From: an uncultured cyanobacterium
GTDB lineage: Bacteria > Cyanobacteriota > Cyanobacteriia > PCC-9006 > JAAUQQ01
Assembly (NCBI GenBank): GCA_963718615.1
Contig: OY970368.1
Location: 4,896,001 to 4,960,000, forward strand
Direction: 5' to 3'
Length of the DNA: 64,000 nt
Part shown: one piece after another, positions 19,156-30,102 of the stretch
Layout of the letters: every line of letters starts with the position of its first letter
Numbering within the stretch: the stretch's first letter is position 1
Program-made: the position numbers and the translations under genes
Notes under the pieces: model-generated
Databases searched by the model: none
Told to the model about the DNA's origin: nothing
The model's input: only the letters and a program-made list of their open reading frames with translations

Positions 19156-20904
19156 TCACGCTGACGTCCCCTCTGCTCGCTTTAAGACCACAGAGTTCCG
19201 GCCTTGATGTTTGGCCAGGTAGAGCGCCTTGTCGGCCCACTCAATCAACCGCTCGGGCTCTCTTACGGCTTGGGCGGACGCGCTGCTGACGCCGCAGCTC
19301 AAGGTGACATGGGGAGCAGTCTTCGAGCCCGAATGCTCAATTTGTAGCTGGCTGACCCGTTCTCGAACGCGCTCCGCGATCGCCTGGGCCAACTCCGGTT
19401 CAGTATTGGGTAAAATCACCGCGAATTCCTCCCCCCCATAGCGCGCCACCAAGTCCGTTCGCCGCACGGCTTGACGCACCGCACTGGCCACCCGCACCAG
19501 GCAGTCATCCCCCGCTTGGTGCCCATAGGTATCGTTAAAGGGCTTGAAATAGTCAACATCACAGAGAATCAGCGCCGTGGGGCGCGGCTGAGCCAGCGTC
19601 GCCTCCAGGACGCGGTCAAACTGGCGACGATTGGCCACCTGGGTCAAGCCATCCAGCGTCGCTAAACCTTCCAAAATTTGGTTGTGGTAGGCCACCATGG
19701 CGATCGCCGACAGCCCCAAAGCCAACAGCGGCGTGGCAATCGGCACCCACCACCCCGCCAAGAACAACCCATAACCTGCGGCACTCAGGAGAATCCCCAG
19801 CCCCACCGAGCTACCCAGGACGACCCAGGCCGGATGCAACCCTCGGTGGAGCGAGCTAGATTGCAGAATAAACCAACTGAGACCCGACCCGGCGATCGCC
19901 CAAATCCCAATCCAAAGCCCTTCGCCCCCATCGGGCCAGTCCCGAATCAACGGTAAGCCCAGCATCGCCCCATCCAGCAATTGTCGGGCCAGTGTCGCAT
20001 GGATGTAGACCCCCGGCATTGATTCGCTTTGCTGGCTAAAACCAGTGTTATAGGGCGTCAAAAACAGATCATTAAGACTGGGAGCCGTTGCACCAATGAA
20101 GACAATTTTGTCCCGCAAGGCATGGGGTGGCAGCCGACCTTCCCACACATCCCGAAGGGGAAACGACTGGAAATTATCCGCACCCCGGTATTGCAATAAA
20201 ATCTGGTATCCGCCTGTATCGACATTGCGGTAGAGACCACTATTCGGTTGGAGAGACTGCAGCCTTGCTTTGCCAATTCGGACTTGATCGGGGTGGCGAT
20301 CGCTCATCTGAGGCGTAATCCCCTCCTGGGCCAAATAACTCAGCGCCAGGGATGCCCCCAAGCTTAGGGAAAGTTCACCCGAGGCAGACTGAATTGAGAC
20401 CAAGCCACGCCGTACCTTATTGTCTGGATCGAGAACCAAATCCGCCAGGGCAACCTGCCCTTGAGCCGCTAGCTGAGGCGGTGCAGCCACATGCTGTCCA
20501 ACGGCCTTTTCAACCCCAATCAGGTTGGGCATCGCTTGCAAGCGGGCTGTCAACTGATCTTGACCCGGAGGCACCGGCAAATCGCGATAGAGATCGAGAC
20601 CCACTATCCGAGGTCCTTGGGCTTGCACCTGGGTCAGCAAACGAGCCAATTTTTCATCGGATAAGGGCCACTGACCCAAAGCCGAAATATCCGCTTCTTC
20701 TATTTTGAGGATGACAATTCGCTCATCGACCGCAGCCTCTGGACGCAACCGAATCAGGAGGTCTAGGGCATTGAACTCAAGGACCTGTAGCCAACCGAGA
20801 TGACTGGTCAGCAAAACCATGCCGACAATCCCCGCCGAGACTTTAATCATGCCGGGATAATGTCGTAAGTTTGACCAAACCAATTTCAGTTGTGTCAACA
20901 TCAT
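19156..20904 (-). CDS. CHASE2-domain diguanylate cyclase
   Basis: CHASE2 motifs (GQWPLSD, VGLDLYRD, DKIVFIGATA, MPGVYIHA), 3 TMs, GGDEF domain with RRTD I-site and GGEEF active site. Confidence 0.93.
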   Translation of the reverse strand: MMLTQLKLVWSNLRHYPGMIKVSAGIVGMVLLTSHLGWLQVLEFNALDLLIRLRPEAAVDERIVILKIEEADISALGQWPLSDEKLARLLTQVQAQGPRIVGLDLYRDLPVPPGQDQLTARLQAMPNLIGVEKAVGQHVAAPPQLAAQGQVALADLVLDPDNKVRRGLVSIQSASGELSLSLGASLALSYLAQEGITPQMSDRHPDQVRIGKARLQSLQPNSGLYRNVDTGGYQILLQYRGADNFQSFPLRDVWEGRLPPHALRDKIVFIGATAPSLNDLFLTPYNTGFSQQSESMPGVYIHATLARQLLDGAMLGLPLIRDWPDGGEGLWIGIWAIAGSGLSWFILQSSSLHRGLHPAWVVLGSSVGLGILLSAAGYGLFLAGWWVPIATPLLALGLSAIAMVAYHNQILEGLATLDGLTQVANRRQFDRVLEATLAQPRPTALILCDVDYFKPFNDTYGHQAGDDCLVRVASAVRQAVRRTDLVARYGGEEFAVILPNTEPELAQAIAERVRERVSQLQIEHSGSKTAPHVTLSCGVSSASAQAVREPERLIEWADKALYLAKHQGRNSVVLKRAEGTSA

Positions 20905-20938
20905 CGATTTATCTAGACCTTAGTTCATCTAGGACTGT

Positions 20939-21724
20939 CTAGCGAGATAGGGGGACATCCTGCAAATCAGTCAAGCCGACGGAGCTCAGCAATTCCCGCC
21001 AGGCTTGGGTCGCGGCAGGCTGAGCATCCTGATTGCGCCAATCCGCCAAGGCTCTCGCGGTGTCGTACCACAGCCCTTGCTTGCCATAGAGCGAAGCTTG
21101 TTCGGCCAGGGAGGACACACCAGGGGTCGAGGCAGGAGCCGAATGGGCAACCCGCTTAATCCAGCCAGAGGCCCAAGGACTATCGGGGCCTAGCTTATTG
21201 CCACAGACCAGGGCAACCGACCACAAATATTCCTCCCCTTCAGTCAGACCGGGTGCATTTTCCGGGAGTTGAAATTTAATGATGCCAGATTGTTGTGGCA
21301 GCAGCATTGTCATTTCATAGAAGTAACTTTCATCGGGATTTTTGATACTAAAGAAAATTTGATGGGCAGCCATCTGCTCCACATAGGCCATAAAGACAGG
21401 ATGGCTCGCAGCGGTCAAACCACTATTGCCTGCTGGCGTCAGCAACCGAATGGCCTGACTATCTTGCCCTACATCTTGAAGACACCGACCTCGGGAGGCT
21501 CCCCCTTCAGTTACACGGGGAGCAGCAGCGCCCTTCGGTGCAAAAAAACCACCAAACCCGCTACTGGGCTTGGTTGAGCGAACGGTTGAATTAGCCGTTT
21601 GGCTGGAGTTGGCACTTTGGGCTTGGGCGAGTGCCATGGTGGGCAAGCCCAGGCCACTCAAACCGGCACCGCCAAGCAGAAGGGCTGCAAGCCAAAATCG
21701 TACAGAAGGAAAGGAGAATTTCAT
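20939..21724 (-). CDS. DUF928 domain-containing exported protein
   Basis: Signal peptide, GGASRG-C, GLTAASHPVF..YV, YLWSVALVC, SGWIKRV, GLWYDT..LL.SVGL. Confidence 0.88.
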   Translation of the reverse strand: MKFSFPSVRFWLAALLLGGAGLSGLGLPTMALAQAQSANSSQTANSTVRSTKPSSGFGGFFAPKGAAAPRVTEGGASRGRCLQDVGQDSQAIRLLTPAGNSGLTAASHPVFMAYVEQMAAHQIFFSIKNPDESYFYEMTMLLPQQSGIIKFQLPENAPGLTEGEEYLWSVALVCGNKLGPDSPWASGWIKRVAHSAPASTPGVSSLAEQASLYGKQGLWYDTARALADWRNQDAQPAATQAWRELLSSVGLTDLQDVPLSR

Positions 21725-21999
21725 TATTTACACTACCTGAGGAACAACAGCAGAGAAACAGCAAAAAAGAGAACTGGCTTAAATTTCAGCGAAATGCGTT
21801 AGAAAAGCAATTTTGGAGTTTTAGGAGGCTGAAATCAAAGCTGTAAAGTTATCTTCTAGTATGAAATAAGCCAGCGTAAAATTATTGACAAACGTTTGAT
21901 TTAGGTTTTTTTAATCGACTTTTTATATAGACATCAAGCTAACCTCCTAAGTCTGTAAAACTGCGTAAGTTATCTGGCGGGTTAGGAGAGGAATTAGAG

Positions 22000-24525
22000 T
22001 TAGAGCCAGTTGCCCACCAAAACAAACGGTGACCAATAGAAGGGATGGCTGTAGCGATCGCTATGCAAAAGTGCCAATTGAGCATTGCGCAGGGACTCGC
22101 CTCGGGAAACCTTGCTGAAATCCCCCAACTGTTCATAGAGTTCAGTCATTAACAACGCCGTAGATTGATCATTGACCGACCACAGGGTTGCTAGGGTGCT
22201 GCGAGCCCCCGACTGAACTGCTAAGCCTGCAAGGCCCAGAGCTGCATGGCGATCGCCCACCGCCGTCTGACATGCACTGAGCACCAGGAGTTCAATCGGA
22301 TGGGCTTTGCGGGTCCCTCGGGATTTCAGCAATTCACGAATATCCCGCACGGTGATGGTGTCATCCCAGGTGAGCAAAAAGGTTTGATCGGGATCGGAAC
22401 TAAATTGACCATGGGTCGCCAAGTGAACGATGGGGAAATTGCTGCTAGCCAACTGTTTGCGAAGATTGTCTTTGGTAAAGGCTTCATCTAGAACAACCCT
22501 GGCCGGAACATTGGCTTGAATTTGCTCCATTTCTTCCTTGACACCCGGCAGCGCCGCAAATCCCTGGCGGGCCTGGGTCAGGCCAAGACTGAGGGCTTGG
22601 ACCTCTGCGGGAGCGAGTTCACGCGGTTCTAGGAGCTGGAGTCCTGGGGTCAGTGCCACCTGATAATCTTCGATCAGATACCGTTGGCCATCGTAAAGGG
22701 CCGCTAGGGGTAAATTCCGAAAGGCTCCATCGGGTACAAACACCAGGGTTTCAATCTGATGCTGTTTCAACGACTCGGCGATCGGCTCAATTAACCAGCC
22801 ATAGGCTTCTCGGGCAAAGGCTTGTTGCCGTTTTTTGGAATAGGCCGGGTTCAGGGTTTGTAGCCAGGTATCAAGGGTCTTTTCAACCTCCGCCTGGGTC
22901 ACGGGAATCCTGTGGTGGGTGAGGGGTTGCCCCGAAATGGAAAGCAGCACTTCAAGGCGATCGCGCAGAATAATCGGATAAATCACCGCCGCTTTGGCAT
23001 CGATCTGATCGATTTTTTCGGTGCTGACTTCTAAACAAGCGGAGCGGAAGAAGTTCTCCAGTTCAGCCAATTGCAATTCCTCAATCGCGCCTCGGGCCTC
23101 TTGTAAGATTTCAGGGTTGGAATCGGGCTGGATGAGCAAACCCACAAATTCTCGGTAAACCGGCTCAATGCTCTCCTGAAAGGACGCTTGAATCTCTGGG
23201 TTGGTCGCCACTAGATCCCCGCGAATGGAGCGCAACGTCGTTATGGCCTCTCGATAGGCGGCGATCGCCTGCTGCCGGGATTCAGGCGCGAGGCTGGGTC
23301 CAGCCGCCGCAACGGTGATGCGGCCTTGCTGCCACTGCCAGCGATAGGCAATGTCGTCAGCTTGGGCCGTTTGGGCCAAAATCAAGGCGTCCTGGGTCAG
23401 CCGAGTCGCCTCCTGCCATTGCCGGGTCCGTTCGTAAAGATGACCCAATTCCCCCAGAGCATAGGATTCAGCGCGGCTGTCTTGCAGACCACGGGCCTGG
23501 GCAACGGCGGTACTCAGCACCTGGGCAATGCCTTGCGGAGTCGCCAGCGGAGTTGCCAAACCGAGCGTTGAGGGCAACTGACCGGACAAGAGCTGGGTCA
23601 AGCTCGCAGCCAGATTGACGCGGGCATAGACTGCACGGCGGCTGGGTGCAACGCTGTCAAAGTCGGCTTGAAGGGTCGGTAAGAGGTCATAGACTGCCCC
23701 AGGCTGGTTGGTATCGGCCCAGAGGCTTAGCAAATTGAGGCGGGCCTCCAATCGAACCAAGGAATCCGGAGCCGTGGCGACAGCCTGCTGATAGGCCGCC
23801 GTAGCCGCAGGCCAGTCCTGGCTCGCCCGTAGGGTATTGCCGAGGATAATCCGCGTGGTGCTGGTGTCGAGCTGGTGCTGCTCGGCCAGTGCCAAACTGG
23901 TCTTGAGAGCAGATTGAGCATCCTTGAGATAGCCGGTCGCTTGCAGCAACCTCCCCAGGCTTTGATAGCCCAACGCCTGAACTTCGGGGTTCGCTTGCTG
24001 GGTGAGCTGGGCTTGGATTTGATCCATGAGCGATCGCGCCCGCCGATAAAGCCCCAAGGCTTGCAACGCTTGGGCCTGATTAATCTGGGTACCGAGAATT
24101 CCAACCGGGTCTTGCGCCTGACGGTATTGGGTTTCAGCCCGTTGCCAAGTTTCAAGGGCTGCCTCGGTTTGCCCTTGGTCAAACTGTTGAATCGCCTGAC
24201 GATTGAGCGATTGCGCCGCTTGCGCCGCTTGCACTGCTTGCGCCGACGATACTGCTTGAGGGGTCTTTAGGGCCAGTTGAAGCGCGTCAGGCGGATAGAG
24301 GGGAGCTACAGATCCTACAGACGGATGGGCAGGGCTCACGAGAGGAGGCGAGGCTGGGGCCATCCAGGCCATCGCCCGCTCTCCCCCCACGCTCCCCACA
24401 AAGGTCAAAATCGCCAATCCCCAGGTCAGCCAACGGCGCAGCCATGGACGGATCGGCCACAATCGCAACAGTCGTGATCGTCGTGATGAACAAAGGGATA
24501 ACCAACGTTGACTCACAGTCTTCAT
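22000..24525 (-). CDS. TPR + CHAT (caspase-like protease) domain protein
   Basis: TPR-like helices, LVFVPDGAFRNLP, intact dyad in VHLATHGQF (His) and LVLSACQTA (Cys), C-terminal HPFYWSPFVLVGNWL. Confidence 0.93.
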   Translation of the reverse strand: MKTVSQRWLSLCSSRRSRLLRLWPIRPWLRRWLTWGLAILTFVGSVGGERAMAWMAPASPPLVSPAHPSVGSVAPLYPPDALQLALKTPQAVSSAQAVQAAQAAQSLNRQAIQQFDQGQTEAALETWQRAETQYRQAQDPVGILGTQINQAQALQALGLYRRARSLMDQIQAQLTQQANPEVQALGYQSLGRLLQATGYLKDAQSALKTSLALAEQHQLDTSTTRIILGNTLRASQDWPAATAAYQQAVATAPDSLVRLEARLNLLSLWADTNQPGAVYDLLPTLQADFDSVAPSRRAVYARVNLAASLTQLLSGQLPSTLGLATPLATPQGIAQVLSTAVAQARGLQDSRAESYALGELGHLYERTRQWQEATRLTQDALILAQTAQADDIAYRWQWQQGRITVAAAGPSLAPESRQQAIAAYREAITTLRSIRGDLVATNPEIQASFQESIEPVYREFVGLLIQPDSNPEILQEARGAIEELQLAELENFFRSACLEVSTEKIDQIDAKAAVIYPIILRDRLEVLLSISGQPLTHHRIPVTQAEVEKTLDTWLQTLNPAYSKKRQQAFAREAYGWLIEPIAESLKQHQIETLVFVPDGAFRNLPLAALYDGQRYLIEDYQVALTPGLQLLEPRELAPAEVQALSLGLTQARQGFAALPGVKEEMEQIQANVPARVVLDEAFTKDNLRKQLASSNFPIVHLATHGQFSSDPDQTFLLTWDDTITVRDIRELLKSRGTRKAHPIELLVLSACQTAVGDRHAALGLAGLAVQSGARSTLATLWSVNDQSTALLMTELYEQLGDFSKVSRGESLRNAQLALLHSDRYSHPFYWSPFVLVGNWL

Positions 24526-24975
24526 CCTGGGACAGCAGTAGAGGATCAGAGGGGGGCGATCGCCGGAGATCTTCGGGAGATCTTTACCGTACCTATCGCG
24601 CTCTAGATATCCTCAGACTTCCCAGAGAAACCTTGAGATCGTCTATCTCAGTAAAAAAGAGTTCCTGTTAGTAAGAAATCAAACAGTCACTCGACCAAAA
24701 GTATGAAATTTTCTGTGCAAATCTAGAGAAATTAAACTTTTCCCGATATGTTACTGCTGAGTATTTCTATTAGCAATGCTCTCGCTTCTTGGCCCATGTT
24801 TGAAGCACAGTGGTGACTACACAGCTTCTGTCGCTCTAAGTGTTACATCGCTCAATTCTGAAGATGAAATGCTAGGGGTTTCTGCGAAGTCAGTCAGTGC
24901 GCGATCGCCCGCAACAAACTCCGGTGCCAATAGCAGTCTCCGTTTACCTGGTTTAGGATTTTTGAGGAAGCAAAC

Positions 24976-25341
24976 ATGATTATCGGCTTAATTGTGACAA
25001 CGTTGGTGACCGCACTAGCCCTTGTGGTTTTGTCGAAAATTCCGGGGTTAGGGATTGAAATTGATGGTTTTGGCAAAGCCATCGCGGCGGCCATTGCCTT
25101 TGGTCTCCTGAACGCAGGGGCGAGCTGGTTAACCTGGTTACTCAAGCTGGGTCCCTTAGAATGGCTAACTTGGCCCATTCTGCTCTTGATCAACATCATC
25201 ATCTTCGGCTTAGCCGCTTGGTTGATTCAAGGCTTCCGCCTCCGCAGCATTTGGAGCGCGATAGTTGGGGCGATCGGCCTCACGATCCTGACTAATCTTC
25301 TCACCGCTCTGATTCAAAGTTCGGGTCTGCTGCCTGTGTAG
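24976..25341 (+). CDS. Phage-holin-4/YvlD (DUF360) family membrane protein
   Basis: 121 aa, 4 TMs, IPGLGIEIDGFGKAIAAA..FGLLNA and LIQGFRL..WSAIVGA. Confidence 0.8.
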   Translation: MIIGLIVTTLVTALALVVLSKIPGLGIEIDGFGKAIAAAIAFGLLNAGASWLTWLLKLGPLEWLTWPILLLINIIIFGLAAWLIQGFRLRSIWSAIVGAIGLTILTNLLTALIQSSGLLPV

Positions 25342-26341
25342 GAGTAGCGTCTGATCTAGGGGCTTCGGTTCCTAATCTTGTGTCCAGGGTTGTATCAATG
25401 GCCGGACAGTCACGGTTTTCGAGCTGGCCGTCCGGCATTGTTGTATTACAGAACAACGTATGCTGAAAGTTAGCATCTAGGGTGTTGCTTTGGCTAAGGT
25501 CAGCGCCCTGAAGCTGCGCGCCTTGAAGATCCGCTTCCTTAAGCTTTGCGCCCATGAGTTTGGCCCCCATGAGATTGGCGTTTTGTAGATTAGCGCCCTT
25601 AAGATTGGCCCCTTGGAGCTTGGCTCCCATAAATTTTGCGTTGCGAAAATCGGCCCAACGCAGATCCGCTCCCCGCAGATCCGCTCCCATCAAATTGACC
25701 GACATCGCTTTGGCCCCTTGCAAACTGCTCTCCCGCAAATTGGCCCACTGGAGATCCGCCTCCGGCAAGCGGGCAAAGGAGAGATTGGCCCCCCGCAGAT
25801 TGCTGCTTTTGAGATTGATATGGAGCAAATTGGCATCCTGGAGAGTGGCCCCTTGCAAATTGGCCCCCTGAAAATTCGCCCGATGGAGATCCGCATGGGT
25901 CAAATCCACAAAGGGCAATTCAATGCCATTGAGATCGGCTCCGTTGATATCCAACCCTGTCATGGCAATGCCATCGGCATAGAGATCCTCTAGGGCCTTG
26001 CGGCGGGCATAGCTAATGGGCAGCTTCGCCGCAGCGGCATGGTCGATCACCTGCCAAGCTTCGTAGTGTTTTTGAGCTTTGCGATCGGGCGCTTCTTTGA
26101 TGTAGAGAATCACGGCAGTGGCGATCGCGATCGACTCCGCACTCTCAAATACCGCCCCAATGGCTTGGCGCGAAACCAGATCCCAGGGGGAGCGAATCGC
26201 CACATCCTCCGCCCACAGGGCAATCCCCGACAGCAATAGTACCGAAACCGCCACCACCCCAGCGGTAGGCATGGCTTGAATCGCCTGCTCATAGCGCAAG
26301 CGCCACCGTCCATAGCGTTGTCGGGCGCGGATTTGCCCCAT
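25301..26341 (-). CDS. Pentapeptide repeat protein with N-terminal membrane segments
   Basis: Long A(N/D)LxG pentapeptide array; ends TTMPDG..NRDC. Confidence 0.9.
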   Translation of the reverse strand: MGQIRARQRYGRWRLRYEQAIQAMPTAGVVAVSVLLLSGIALWAEDVAIRSPWDLVSRQAIGAVFESAESIAIATAVILYIKEAPDRKAQKHYEAWQVIDHAAAAKLPISYARRKALEDLYADGIAMTGLDINGADLNGIELPFVDLTHADLHRANFQGANLQGATLQDANLLHINLKSSNLRGANLSFARLPEADLQWANLRESSLQGAKAMSVNLMGADLRGADLRWADFRNAKFMGAKLQGANLKGANLQNANLMGAKLMGAKLKEADLQGAQLQGADLSQSNTLDANFQHTLFCNTTMPDGQLENRDCPAIDTTLDTRLGTEAPRSDATPTQAADPNFESER

Positions 26342-26361
26342 GGTTGTCCTGTCGAGTTGAC

Positions 26362-28167
26362 CTAGGCGGGAACTTCGATCCGTTGACTGCCTGCTAACGC
26401 AAAGGCCGCGTGGATGACTTGGAGCGCTTCGACGGCCTGCTCCTCCGCCACCAAACAGCTAATTTTGATCTCCGATGTGGCAATCATTTGAATATTAATC
26501 CGATGATCGGCCAACGCCTGAAACATGCAGGCAGCCACACCGGGCTGGTCAACCATGCCTGCACCGACGACGCTGACCTTGGCGATCGCCGGATTCACCA
26601 CAATTTCGCAGGGACCCATCTCCGCCGTAGCATCCTGGAGGACCTTGCGGGCCTGTTCCACATCGGCTTGAGCCACCGTAAAGGCAATATCCCGTGTAGA
26701 AAGTCCATCGATCACCCGACAGCGCTGGGACTGAATGATCATATCAACGCTGATCTGATGCTCCGCCAGCAGCGTGAACACACGGGCGGCCATACCGGGG
26801 CGATCAGGGACATGGCGAATGGCCAACTGGGCCTGGTTGCGATCGAGGGCAACACCGCGCACAGGCGGTGCATTTTTCTGGGCGCTGGCGGGCGTGGGCA
26901 CGGAGGAGCTGCTGACCCCAAAGGTTTGACAGAGGGCGGCGATGGCGCGATCGCTATCGGCCAAATCCACCACACAGCTCACCTTGACCTCCGAGGTCGA
27001 GATCATCTGAATATTCACCCCCGCATCCGCCAGGGACTGGAACATTTGCGCTGCCACGCCGGGACGGCCAATCATCCCCGCACCGGAAATACTAACCTTG
27101 GCAATTTGGCTGTCGCTGAGGACTTCGCTGGTCTCCGTCTGGTCGCGATCGCACAACGTCGGCAAAATCGCCGCCGCCACCGCCTCGGCCCGTTGCAGGA
27201 CGCGATTACCCACCGTAAAGGCAATGTCGTTGCTGTTGCCCTCGTGAATCGACTGAATAATCAGATCCACCGGCAATTGCTGCCCGGCAATTTCCCCAAA
27301 CAACGAAGCGGCGATACCGGGGCGATCGGGGACCCGCAGGAGGGCAACCTTCGCCTGGTCGGTATCAAGCTCGACGCCATCCACCGGATGGGCAATTTCC
27401 ATATTTTCGAGCGGACGGGGGGCGATCGCCTGATGGGGGCGAACCCAAGTTCCCGGTTCATCGCTCCAGCTCGATCGCACCACCAGGGGCACATTATAGT
27501 TACGGGCAATTTCTACGGCGCGAGGGTGCAGAACCTTCGCCCCCAAACTAGCCAGCTCTAGCATTTCATTACAGGTGATCTCGTCCATCAGCTGGGCCTC
27601 CGGCACCAGTCGAGGATCCGTCGTCAGAATGCCGGGAACATCGGTATAAATTTCACAATAGTCTGCCTGGAGCGCCGCCGCTAGCGCCACCGCCGAAGTA
27701 TCGGAACCGCCTCGGCCCAGGGTCGTAATTTCCAGATCGGCCCCATTGCTAATGCCCTGAAACCCAGCAACCACAACGACTTCGCCGCTGTTGAGCGATC
27801 GCTGGATCCGCTCCGGATTAATCGACAAAATCCGCGCCCGCGAGTGATAGGCCTCCGTGACGATCCCCACCTGCGCCCCGGTCATGGAGCGAGCCGGTTG
27901 CCCCAGGGTTTGCAGCGCCATGGACACCAGCGCAATGGAAATTTGTTCTCCCGTGGACAGCAGCATATCCATTTCCCGGTGGCTGGGAGAATCGGTGATG
28001 TCATGGGCCAGTTTGACCAACCCATCGGTGGTCTTGCCCATGGCCGAAACCACCACGACTACGCGATCGCCCGCCGCCGTCCGTTTGACAATGCGCTGGG
28101 CAACCGCCTGAATGCGCTCCACCGAACCCACCGAAGTACCACCGTACTTTTGAACCACCAGAGCCAT
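26362..28167 (-). CDS. lysC: Aspartate kinase (cyanobacterial four-ACT type)
   Basis: [42 protein letters not shown], duplicated ACT pairs; 601 aa. Confidence 0.97.
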   Translation of the reverse strand: MALVVQKYGGTSVGSVERIQAVAQRIVKRTAAGDRVVVVVSAMGKTTDGLVKLAHDITDSPSHREMDMLLSTGEQISIALVSMALQTLGQPARSMTGAQVGIVTEAYHSRARILSINPERIQRSLNSGEVVVVAGFQGISNGADLEITTLGRGGSDTSAVALAAALQADYCEIYTDVPGILTTDPRLVPEAQLMDEITCNEMLELASLGAKVLHPRAVEIARNYNVPLVVRSSWSDEPGTWVRPHQAIAPRPLENMEIAHPVDGVELDTDQAKVALLRVPDRPGIAASLFGEIAGQQLPVDLIIQSIHEGNSNDIAFTVGNRVLQRAEAVAAAILPTLCDRDQTETSEVLSDSQIAKVSISGAGMIGRPGVAAQMFQSLADAGVNIQMISTSEVKVSCVVDLADSDRAIAALCQTFGVSSSSVPTPASAQKNAPPVRGVALDRNQAQLAIRHVPDRPGMAARVFTLLAEHQISVDMIIQSQRCRVIDGLSTRDIAFTVAQADVEQARKVLQDATAEMGPCEIVVNPAIAKVSVVGAGMVDQPGVAACMFQALADHRINIQMIATSEIKISCLVAEEQAVEALQVIHAAFALAGSQRIEVPA

Positions 28168-28241
28168 TGCAGACCGTCCTCAAAGTCAGTGCCTACAGCT
28201 TATCAGAGCCCTTAGGCGATGGCGGGCTCTGGCGAGGTTGC

Positions 28242-28790
28242 TTAACGATTGCGGCAAAGGTTGGCGTCAATGCGGCAGGTTTCAGCTTGGACGCGATCGC
28301 GCAACTGGTCATCCTCACGCTGCATCAGCAAAATTTGATTAAAGCGCTCAATCGTCAGGGGTTTGAAGTTGGTTTCTACGATTCGCTTCGAGTCATTGCA
28401 GTAGTTAATCGCCACGCCCCGCACCCGAGGATCAAGACCATTAAAACTGTTGCGATCGTCACACCGAATGGCCGGGACCCGGCCCATCACCGCCTGGATA
28501 TCCTGAACCGCCTGCTTGCGCTTGGGTTCGATGGAGAGCGCCGCCCGCACAAAGTTAGCAATTTCTTCCGCCGTGGCCGGGGCCGGTTTCGTCTGGGCAT
28601 AGGCAACACTGCCCAAGGCCAAATCAAAACTCGGGGTCAGACCGGGAGCCCATCCCATCACAACCCCCACGCTGGCCAACGCGCTCGCCCAAAACCATCG
28701 AGATCCCGGTCGAGGTCCCGATCGAGACCCTGATCGCTGTCCCTTGGGCTCCATCGCGGTGTGTTCTATTGTTCGTGATTGGTTCATCAT
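28242..28790 (-). CDS. DUF4168-like exported protein
   Basis: Hydrophobic signal ending AYAQ; EEIANFVRAALSIEPKR..IRC..AINYCN..LTIERFNQI; start uncertain. Confidence 0.7.
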   Translation of the reverse strand: MMNQSRTIEHTAMEPKGQRSGSRSGPRPGSRWFWASALASVGVVMGWAPGLTPSFDLALGSVAYAQTKPAPATAEEIANFVRAALSIEPKRKQAVQDIQAVMGRVPAIRCDDRNSFNGLDPRVRGVAINYCNDSKRIVETNFKPLTIERFNQILLMQREDDQLRDRVQAETCRIDANLCRNR

Positions 28791-28989
28791 GTCAGCAGGG
28801 ATGAGAAAAGGGTAGGGACTGCACCCAGGTTCAATTACCCGTTCCAGCAGGGTCTGGGGCGGGAACAAGCTTATCCTGGATATAGAGCGTACCAGGCTCC
28901 CAAGTGATTTTGTGGTTCACCGGGTTAAATTCCTGGAGGCTTCAGCGCCCTGGAAAAGACCGATTCAAAGGCCCATTCCCAGGCTTATC

Positions 28990-30000
28990 TTATTGATGCT
29001 TTAACGGGGCAGAAGTTCCTTGGGCACAGAGCGTGCATAGTTCAATAATCTTGGTTTGCAGGGTAGCCAGTTCCTCTTGACCGAGCTTGAGTTCGGCTTC
29101 TAGGGCCAATAACAAGGGCAGAGCCTGCAGCAGTTGGGTTTGGGACAAATGACGGATTTCCTGCTGGAGAAAATAGATGCGGTTGGGGTTGCCAATGCCG
29201 GCGGCGGTGGCGATCGCCCGGTTATCCCGCTCCCCCGATTCCAGCATCACCTTAATCCACAGCCAGGTGCGAAATTGACTCACCAGCGTCGCCACAATCC
29301 GCAGGGCCGGTTCATTTCGTCCCAATAAATCCGACAACAGTTCTAGGGCTTTGGGGATTTGGCCCTGGCGAATGGCGCTGGCGAGTTGCAGGGTACTCTG
29401 GGTGCTCGTCGTCACCAAACTGGCAACGGTCGCTAGATCCAACGGTCCATCGGTCTGGCCCGCAAACAGCCGCAGTTTTTCGAGTTCGTTGTAGAGCTGG
29501 CGGGTGTCGTTGCCCACGGCTTCGACGAGAAATTCACCCCCCTCGCGACTCAGGCGAACCCCGAGGGTTTTGGCGAGCGATCGCAATCGCGCAGCCAGCT
29601 CCTCTGTTTTCCAAGGCGGAATCGGCGAGAACTCCTCAATCTCCGCATATTTTTGCAAGAGCTTCGTCGCCTTCAGTCGCCCGTTGGGCTTGGTGCTATG
29701 GGTCATCACCAACACCGTACTTTCAGGAACTTGGGGCAGCGTTCGGGCCAGCTCCTGGGTGAGATCCTCCGGACATTGCTGAAAAAAACTCGGATCCACC
29801 AACCACACCAACCGCTGACCGAGACCAAAGGGAGGCGTCATCGCCTGAGTCAGCGCGGCTTGGGTCCCATTGGGCTGATCGGCGGGGATGCGATCGAAAT
29901 TAAAACTAGCCCAATCCGGATCCAACACCGCTTGCTTGAGCTTGAGCACGGCCTGGTTGCGCGCAAAATCATCTTCTCCCCAATAAACATAAGTGGGCAT
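28990..30000 (-). CDS. holA: DNA polymerase III subunit delta
   Basis: MPTYVYWGEDDF, AMTPPFG, VGNDTRQLYNELEKL, IGNPNRIYFL. Confidence 0.93.
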   Translation of the reverse strand: MPTYVYWGEDDFARNQAVLKLKQAVLDPDWASFNFDRIPADQPNGTQAALTQAMTPPFGLGQRLVWLVDPSFFQQCPEDLTQELARTLPQVPESTVLVMTHSTKPNGRLKATKLLQKYAEIEEFSPIPPWKTEELAARLRSLAKTLGVRLSREGGEFLVEAVGNDTRQLYNELEKLRLFAGQTDGPLDLATVASLVTTSTQSTLQLASAIRQGQIPKALELLSDLLGRNEPALRIVATLVSQFRTWLWIKVMLESGERDNRAIATAAGIGNPNRIYFLQQEIRHLSQTQLLQALPLLLALEAELKLGQEELATLQTKIIELCTLCAQGTSAPLKHQ

Positions 30001-30102
30001 GGGTCCAGATCCACTATCGTCTGATGCCGTAAAATAATTTCAGAAAAGCCATAGGGCTTCTCAGCCTCTATTTTCGCCGTTTACCGGAGTAAACGATTTA
30101 GT

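Noticed and set aside
24976-25341. Holin-family gene as evidence of a prophage
   Set aside because: No phage structural, integrase or lysin genes; YvlD/DUF360 proteins are ordinary chromosomal membrane proteins
26410-27561. 383-aa + strand ORF and similar long antisense ORFs (17033-17722, 37434-38147, 38226-38900)
   Set aside because: Shadow ORFs opposite lysC, glpX and gnd, explained by codon bias; no recognisable motifs
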